Source: Methanocaldococcus jannaschii DSM 2661 (lineage in GTDB: Archaea > AGJL01 > Methanococci > Methanococcales > Methanocaldococcaceae). Taken from it: DNA of 32,000 bases. Positions 26,182 to 32,000 of the stretch are shown piece after piece. Where the stretch lies: contig NC_000909.1 of the NCBI RefSeq assembly GCF_000091665.1, forward strand, positions 30,001-62,000, written 5' to 3'. Under the pieces are notes generated by a model. That model had not been told where the DNA came from, made no database searches, and saw nothing but the letters and a program-made list of their open reading frames with translations. Position 1 is the first letter of the stretch. Every line of letters begins with the position of its first letter. Position numbers and translations under genes: made by a program.

Positions 26182-27462
26182 TTAATGGTGGGATTCTTCT
26201 TTATACTTTGGTTTATACTCTCCCAACAACTTCAAAGCCAACATTCCAGCCCATGATGCCTCTAAGATAACACTCAATAAAATTGTCATAAATGTTCCAA
26301 TGATTATTGTTCCTGCAATATCTGTTGGAGTAATATATTTTGTTATAGATGCTGGAATCTTATCAGCATTTTTCAATATTTCTATACCAACAGTTACAGC
26401 TAAAGCGGCAGGAACAACACCTCTTGGTCCCTCTAAGGCAAAATAGAGTTTTTCTTTAAATGAATGTTTTGAACCTATCAAACCCAAGAAGACCCCAAGA
26501 GGTCTTGCTAAGAATATAGAGCCAAGAGCTACTAACAAACCTGGAATGAAATAATTTTCTAACATGCTTAGCTTTATACATGCTCCCAAAAATACAAAAA
26601 TAAACACTCTTGCCAACAAAGATAAATCATCACAGAACGATACTATATATTTATAATCTATATCATCCGCTCTAAATAATGCATCTCCCAAGTAAAGTCC
26701 CATTATTGCAACAGCCATATAACCACTAAATCCATAACCACAAATACTTGGCAATAAATCATCTCCCACATATAAAAGGAGCATTGCTCCTCCAAGAACT
26801 AATGGAGCCACATACTCATGGAAGTCACAATGTATAATAATTTTTTCATATATTTTAGCTAACAATAAGCCAACAACTATGGCTCCACCAGCAAGTGTAA
26901 TTAAATCAATTAATGGATTTGATGAGGAAAATAAACCAAACAACCCCAAAATAACACTGGTTGAAACTATTCCCAATGGGTCGTTAAAGATACTCTCCGC
27001 CTCTAACGTTATAGCTACTTCAGGATTTGTTCTAACTCTTGAAAACACTGGAATTAAAGTTGCTGGGTCTGTAGCAGCAGTTATTGCTCCAAATAAATAG
27101 CCAACTGGGGATGTATATGGAAGATTTAAGACCATATTAAAAATAAAACCAGAAATAAGTAGAGTAATTAAAAATGTTATTGTATCTAACCTCACTACTG
27201 TTTTTATAACTCTCTTAAGTAGTGAAATCCTCATTGTAAATGCTCCTCCCAACAAAATAAATATTAATCCTATCGGTCCCGCATATTCAAAAATCTCCAT
27301 TGCTGAATCTGATGGGATGATTTGTAAAAAAGGCCCTATGATTAAACCTAACAATAACAATAACGGTATATCTGGAATTTTTAACTTTTCAGCAATTTTT
27401 GCCACTAACGAACCAAGAACTAAAGCTAATCCAAGGTAACCAATAGCCATCATAAGTTCCAT
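26182..27462 (-). CDS. nhaP: Na+/H+ antiporter, CPA1/NhaP family
   Basis: A polytopic 426-aa membrane protein with the ATDP motif (AITAATDPATLIP). The sequence matches my memory of MjNhaP1. Confidence 0.85.
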   Translation of the reverse strand: MELMMAIGYLGLALVLGSLVAKIAEKLKIPDIPLLLLLGLIIGPFLQIIPSDSAMEIFEYAGPIGLIFILLGGAFTMRISLLKRVIKTVVRLDTITFLITLLISGFIFNMVLNLPYTSPVGYLFGAITAATDPATLIPVFSRVRTNPEVAITLEAESIFNDPLGIVSTSVILGLFGLFSSSNPLIDLITLAGGAIVVGLLLAKIYEKIIIHCDFHEYVAPLVLGGAMLLLYVGDDLLPSICGYGFSGYMAVAIMGLYLGDALFRADDIDYKYIVSFCDDLSLLARVFIFVFLGACIKLSMLENYFIPGLLVALGSIFLARPLGVFLGLIGSKHSFKEKLYFALEGPRGVVPAALAVTVGIEILKNADKIPASITKYITPTDIAGTIIIGTFMTILLSVILEASWAGMLALKLLGEYKPKYKEESHH

Positions 27463-27587
27463 GTTATCACAATATAAAATTATCTTTTTGGCTGAATATT
27501 TAAAATCTAAAAATCATATAAATATTTTATCGAGGAAAATAATTGGAGATTAAAAAAAGGAATATGCGTAATAAAAAATTATTAAGT

Positions 27588-28745
27588 TTATTCTTCTGAA
27601 TATGCAGTTGTTTGCAATATTGCAGTATCTAAACCAACTTTCTCTGCTTCTTCACTGACTCTTAAGCCAATTGTTAAATCCAACCCTTTATAAATAATTA
27701 ATCCTCCAACGATTGCAATTAAAGCAATAACAATAGCCCCAATTATTTGCCCAGTAATTGAAACTTTAGACACTGCATCAGCTTTTAATAAGAATGGAAT
27801 TCCTGCACAGATAACTCCAATCAAACCACTCATAGCATGAACTGGCCCTATAGCACAGACGTCATCAATCTTTAATTTCTCTTCAATAAACTTGTATGTA
27901 AATGGCTGCTGAATCCCTGCTAATAAACCAACTATAAACGCTCCAATTGGAGTGAATAAATCAACTCCACTACAAACAGCTACTAAACCAGCACACATAC
28001 CGTTTGCTGTGTAAAGAGGGTCGTTTCTTGAGCTTAATGCTCCCCCTATAATTCCTCCAGCTAAAGCCATTGTTGTTGCCATAGCTACGCTTGCCAACTC
28101 TACTCCATTAGCTATGCCAGAAGCACTTCCAATGTTGAATCCGTACCATCCAAATGCCAAAATAAAAGCTCCTAAAACAGCTATTGGAATGTTATGCCCT
28201 GGAATTGCCTGTGGTTTTCCATTTATATATTTATCAATTCTTGGCCCTAAAACATAGGCAGCCATTAAACCAACTAAACCACCAAATAAATGAACTGCCC
28301 CACTTCCAGCATAGTCGTGGAAGTTTATTCCTAAATTAGCAAAACCTCCTCCCCAAACTAAATGTTCAACAATTGGATACAAAATACCTCCAACAATCAA
28401 AGCCCCTATAAAGTAAGGTAAGATTTTAATTCTTTCAGCGACTCCTCCTGTTATAATTGTAACTGCAGCAGCGGCAAACATAACCATCTTCATCCACCAA
28501 GCTCCCAAATCAGCATCAAAAGTTCCTGTTATTAAGGGCATTATATTTTCAAATCCGTAAGAGATACCATAACCAATGAACAAATAAGCGATAAACACTG
28601 CAGCTAAATCCAACAACTTTAAAACACAATGATATGAGACGTTTTTAGCCCTAAACTGCCCTATTTCCAACGCAATAAACCCTGCCTTCATGAAAAATAT
28701 TAACGATGCTGCCCACATAAAAAAGAAAACATCAATACCATCCAT
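27588..28745 (-). CDS. amt: Ammonium transporter (Amt/MEP/Rh family)
   Basis: Motifs AGFIALEIG, DYAGSGAVHLFGG and AIGPVHAMSG. The ATG at 28745 (MDGIDVFF) lies 5 nt behind GAGGTGA. The track start at 28763 is a GTG. Confidence 0.9.
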   Translation of the reverse strand: MDGIDVFFFMWAASLIFFMKAGFIALEIGQFRAKNVSYHCVLKLLDLAAVFIAYLFIGYGISYGFENIMPLITGTFDADLGAWWMKMVMFAAAAVTIITGGVAERIKILPYFIGALIVGGILYPIVEHLVWGGGFANLGINFHDYAGSGAVHLFGGLVGLMAAYVLGPRIDKYINGKPQAIPGHNIPIAVLGAFILAFGWYGFNIGSASGIANGVELASVAMATTMALAGGIIGGALSSRNDPLYTANGMCAGLVAVCSGVDLFTPIGAFIVGLLAGIQQPFTYKFIEEKLKIDDVCAIGPVHAMSGLIGVICAGIPFLLKADAVSKVSITGQIIGAIVIALIAIVGGLIIYKGLDLTIGLRVSEEAEKVGLDTAILQTTAYSEE

Positions 28746-28840
28746 ATGTTTCACCTCAAACACTTTTATAGGAATTATCTTACCTACTACCCATCTTCCT
28801 AATTCCCCTAATGGAAAAGCTTAAATATATAACTTACTAA

Positions 28841-28854
28841 GGAAAGAATTTTCC
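28841..28854. promoter_or_regulatory. Candidate NrpR nitrogen-repressor operator (GGAA-N6-TTCC) in the amt/glnK divergent intergenic region
   Basis: GGAAAGAATTTTCC is an exact match to the Methanococcus nitrogen-operator half-sites. It lies 11 nt downstream of the TATA-like TTAAATATAT (28821-28830), which is preceded by the purine-rich GGAAAAGC. A one-mismatch copy, GGAATTATCTTACC, lies at 28771-28784. Confidence 0.5.
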
Positions 28855-28954
28855 TTCCTATTATTTAGGAATAAAGAATCTTTTTTCCTTTTAGATAAAA
28901 ATAAAAATGATTACTACCAAATTCAAATTAATCTAAAAACCACCAAATTTGTAA

Positions 28955-29317
<363 letters not shown>

Positions 29318-29327
29318 CTTTAATCTA

Positions 29328-29338
29328 TTTTTATTTTT
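29328..29338 (+). terminator. Oligo-T runs downstream of glnK
   Basis: tttttattttt begins 11 nt after the TAA, followed by the ggatat...atatcc inverted repeat. Confidence 0.35.
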
Positions 29339-29466
29339 CAGGATATCTATTATATCCATTAAAATTTTTATCAGATGGGTTTTAAATAAAACATAGAAAA
29401 TTATTTTAAAGTTATTAAATAAAACTTAGTTTATTTATTTTTAATCATGTTATTTTTGGTGATAGT

Positions 29467-30225
29467 GTGATTGGTATAATAGGAGGGACAGGAATAGCTG
29501 AAATATTAAAAGGAGACAAAGAAGAGATTATAAATACAAAATATGGGAAAGCAAGAGTTATAATTGATAAAGAAAACGAAGTAGTTTTGTTATTTAGGCA
29601 TGGAGTAAGACATAACATCCCACCACATAAAATAAACTATAGGGCTAACATCTACGCTTTAAAAAAGTTGGGAGTTGAAAGAATATTGGCTATAAATTCA
29701 GTTGGTTCATTAAAAGAAGATTTAAAGCCTGGAATGTTTTTTGTTCCAAATGATTTTATAGAATTTACAAAGAAGAGAGAAGAGACGTTTTACGATGAAG
29801 GAAAAGTTGTTCATATAGATATGACAGACCCTTACTGTCCAGAGTTGAGAAATATTTTAAAATCAATATTAGATAAAAATAACTTCTCTTATGGAGAAGG
29901 CGTTTATGTTTGCACTGAAGGACCGAGATTTGAAACAAAAAAAGAGATAGCCATATACAAAAACTGGGGGGATGTTGTAGGAATGACTGGATATCCTGAA
30001 GTTGTTTTAGCAAGGGAGTTGGAGATGTGCTATGTCTCTCTATGCAACATAACAAACTATGCCTGTGGAATATCAAAAAATATTTTAACAGTTGATGAAG
30101 TTTTGGAAAAAATAAAAGAGATGGAAAATAAAATTTTGAAAGTTGTTGAGGACTTTATAAATTATGGCTTTGGAGAGAGAAAGTGTATCTGCAAAGATGC
30201 TTTGAAACATGCTGTTATTGGGTAA
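29467..30225 (+). CDS. mtnP: 5'-methylthioadenosine / purine nucleoside phosphorylase (PNP family 2)
   Basis: The GTG start lies behind GGTGAT. Motifs are IGIIGGTG, FRHG..H, EGPRFET and GMT. Confidence 0.85.
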   Translation: MIGIIGGTGIAEILKGDKEEIINTKYGKARVIIDKENEVVLLFRHGVRHNIPPHKINYRANIYALKKLGVERILAINSVGSLKEDLKPGMFFVPNDFIEFTKKREETFYDEGKVVHIDMTDPYCPELRNILKSILDKNNFSYGEGVYVCTEGPRFETKKEIAIYKNWGDVVGMTGYPEVVLARELEMCYVSLCNITNYACGISKNILTVDEVLEKIKEMENKILKVVEDFINYGFGERKCICKDALKHAVIG

Positions 30226-30251
30226 ATTATAAAACTAAAATCCTTTAATTT

Positions 30252-30309
30252 ACACCTCCGAGCGTAAGCGAGGAGGTGTTGGGGTATCCCAATAGGGTTT
30301 CCCTATGGG
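30252..30309 (+). repeat. GC-rich hairpin insert, modules A+C
   Basis: Hairpin A spans 30252-30279 (acacctcc-gagcgtaagcga-ggaggtgt). Hairpin C spans 30288-30309 (cccaataggg-ttt-ccctatggg). Confidence 0.75.
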
Positions 30310-30335
30310 CTTTAAAACATGCTATTATTGGATAA
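30309..30335 (+). other. Displaced second copy of the last 8 codons plus stop of mtnP
   Basis: gct tta aaa cat gct att att gga taa compares with gct ttg aaa cat gct gtt att ggg taa at 30199-30225 (24/27 identical). The peptides are ALKHAIIG* and ALKHAVIG*. Confidence 0.75.
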
Positions 30336-30362
30336 GCTATTATTTTTATTTTAGGTGAGATA

Positions 30363-30605
30363 ATGTTATCTAAAATTTTAGGTATATTTAAAGGCAAAGA
30401 AAAAATTGAAGAGAAATCAAATAAAATAATTGAGATTGATTATAACAAATGTAAAAACTGTTTATCATGTTATAGAGTCTGTAAAAATAACGTTTTTGCT
30501 ATAAAAAACAATAGAGTTGTTGTTAAAAATGAAAATAACTGCACAAAGTGTGGGGAGTGTTTAAAAGTTTGTAGGTATGGAGCAATAATACTTTATGATG
30601 CTTAA
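30363..30605 (+). CDS. Small 2x[4Fe-4S]-type ferredoxin-like protein
   Basis: Two cysteine motifs, CKNCLSCYRVC and CTKCGECLKVC. SD GGTGAG precedes the ATG. Confidence 0.8.
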   Translation: MLSKILGIFKGKEKIEEKSNKIIEIDYNKCKNCLSCYRVCKNNVFAIKNNRVVVKNENNCTKCGECLKVCRYGAIILYDA

Positions 30606-30617
30606 AAGGGATAACCT

Positions 30618-31241
30618 ATGGGACTAAAAAACAAGATAATAAAAATCTACGAACTTAATGAAGAGGAGAGAAAAAAAGTTTTAGAATTTTTAAAAAAAGA
30701 GATATTAAATGGAAAGATTGTCATCTGTGGGACTGACACTTTATATGGTATTTCAGCAAACGCTTTAAATGAAAAAGCAGTAAGAAAAGTTTATAATATA
30801 AAGAGGAGGGAGTTCAACAAGCCTCTATCAATATGTGTTAGAGATAAGAATGAGATTGAAAAATACGCTTATGTAAATGATTTAGCTAAAAAAATTATTG
30901 ATAAATTTCTTCCAGGACCTTTAACGATAATTTTAAAGAAAAAACCAGGTATTCCAGATATTGTAGCTAAAGATTATATTGGGATAAGAATCCCAGATGA
31001 ACCAATTATTAGAGAGCTTTCTATAGTTCCTTTAACAACCACATCAGCAAATATTTCTGGAAAAGAAAGCCCTACTACTGTGGATGAGATAGATAAAGAA
31101 GTGTTGAAAAAAGTAGATTATGTTATTGATATTGGAAAATGCAAATATTCAAAACCTTCTACAATTATTAAAATAGAGGATGATAAAATAATATCAATTA
31201 GGGAGGGAGTCATCCCTATTCAAAAATTAGCGAGATGTTGA
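30618..31241 (+). CDS. YrdC/Sua5-family L-threonylcarbamoyladenylate synthase (t6A biosynthesis), YrdC domain only
   Basis: Motifs GTDTLYGISANA, KPLSI and TTSANISG. At 207 aa it lacks a C-terminal SUA5 domain. Confidence 0.8.
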   Translation: MGLKNKIIKIYELNEEERKKVLEFLKKEILNGKIVICGTDTLYGISANALNEKAVRKVYNIKRREFNKPLSICVRDKNEIEKYAYVNDLAKKIIDKFLPGPLTIILKKKPGIPDIVAKDYIGIRIPDEPIIRELSIVPLTTTSANISGKESPTTVDEIDKEVLKKVDYVIDIGKCKYSKPSTIIKIEDDKIISIREGVIPIQKLARC

Positions 31242-31321
31242 TACCTAAAAATAAGTAATTATAATATGATATAATTATTAAGTAAAGAACTTAATTAAAA
31301 ATTGAATTTCGGGTGTTTCAA

Positions 31322-31858
31322 ATGGAAAATAGAAATGATGAACTTTTTATAAAATTGGATAGTTCTATAAAATCACTACTAAGAAGTGCCAGAGAATTCA
31401 AAAAAGAGAATGAAAGTATCTCCAATGTGCTATTACAATTAGCGGAAATGTTGGATAACATTGATAAAACATTAGAAATTATTGAAAAAAACTTTCAAAT
31501 AATTCTAAAAAATCGTGAAAGTGGTAAATTTTCTAATAATGAGATTATCCAAAAATTTGTTAAACCTTTAGAAAATTTAATCAAAGTTATTGAAAATATT
31601 GAAAGCACATCTAACAATTTAAAAAATGAAATTGAGAATTGTGCGTCATCAATCCCTACATTAAAAGAAATAACAGATAAACTTAAAATTATAAATATGG
31701 AGTCAGCAACTCAGGCCATAGAGGAATTTAAAATAGCATACGACATGTTAGAGGATAACAGAAAAAATTTAGATGAGTTAATTGAAAAAACTAAAATATT
31801 AAAAGATAAATTAAAGAATCTCCTTCTACAAATTGATAATTTTCTAAATGAGCATTGA
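31322..31858 (+). CDS. Hypothetical coiled-coil protein
   Basis: The ATG at 31322 (MENRNDELF) lies behind GGGTG. The sequence is rich in K/E/I/L/N heptad-like repeats and I recognise no family. Confidence 0.5.
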   Translation: MENRNDELFIKLDSSIKSLLRSAREFKKENESISNVLLQLAEMLDNIDKTLEIIEKNFQIILKNRESGKFSNNEIIQKFVKPLENLIKVIENIESTSNNLKNEIENCASSIPTLKEITDKLKIINMESATQAIEEFKIAYDMLEDNRKNLDELIEKTKILKDKLKNLLLQIDNFLNEH

Positions 31859-31896
31859 AAATAACTTTTGTGGGGAGGGGCGTTTAGGTGATAAAG

Positions 31897-32000
31897 ATGA
31901 ACGATAAACAAGCTGATTGGCTTAATAAATTAATAGAAGAACTCGACAAGAGCTCTTCAAGCGTTTTAGAAACAGAAATTGTATTAGATGAAATTATAAC
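31897..32000 (+). CDS. 5' end of a further hypothetical ORF ([34 protein letters not shown]...), truncated by the window
   Basis: The ATG at 31897 lies 4 nt behind GGTGAT. The frame is open to the window end. Confidence 0.35.
   Translation, partial: MNDKQADWLNKLIEELDKSSSSVLETEIVLDEII

Overview
Strongly AT-rich archaeal chromosome segment from a hyperthermophilic methanogen. Gene content and order match what I remember of the Methanocaldococcus jannaschii MJ0029-MJ0064 region; this is recall, not a search. About 36 real CDS are packed tightly. They include the selenocysteine-containing F420-reducing hydrogenase operon fruADGB, tfrA, sufC/sufBD, ribosomal and RNA polymerase genes (S15, L21e, L31e, rpoF, aIF6) and pus10. 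Also present are an intein-interrupted EndoQ-like nuclease, isopentenyl phosphate kinase, a beta-CASP RNase, mfnA, pth2 and a split tRNA 2-selenouridine synthase. The remaining genes are ribB/ribK, nhaP, amt and glnK (divergent), MTA phosphorylase, a ferredoxin and a YrdC/Sua5-family protein. Non-coding features are an archaeal 3'-UTR SECIS, a canonical C/D box sRNA missed by the ORF track, and an orphan 5-repeat CRISPR array with leader and two co-varying repeat variants. The most interesting signal is a REP/BIME-like mosaic family of GC-rich hairpin modules (here called A, B and C) at seven or more intergenic, intercistronic or gene-end sites. The hairpin stems co-vary, which preserves the fold. 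At three genes (fruB, sufC, mtnP) the insert is flanked by a direct duplication of the last 9-17 codons plus the stop codon. The two copies differ almost only at synonymous positions, which a neutrally decaying target-site duplication should not do. All long antisense ORFs in the track look like shadow ORFs.
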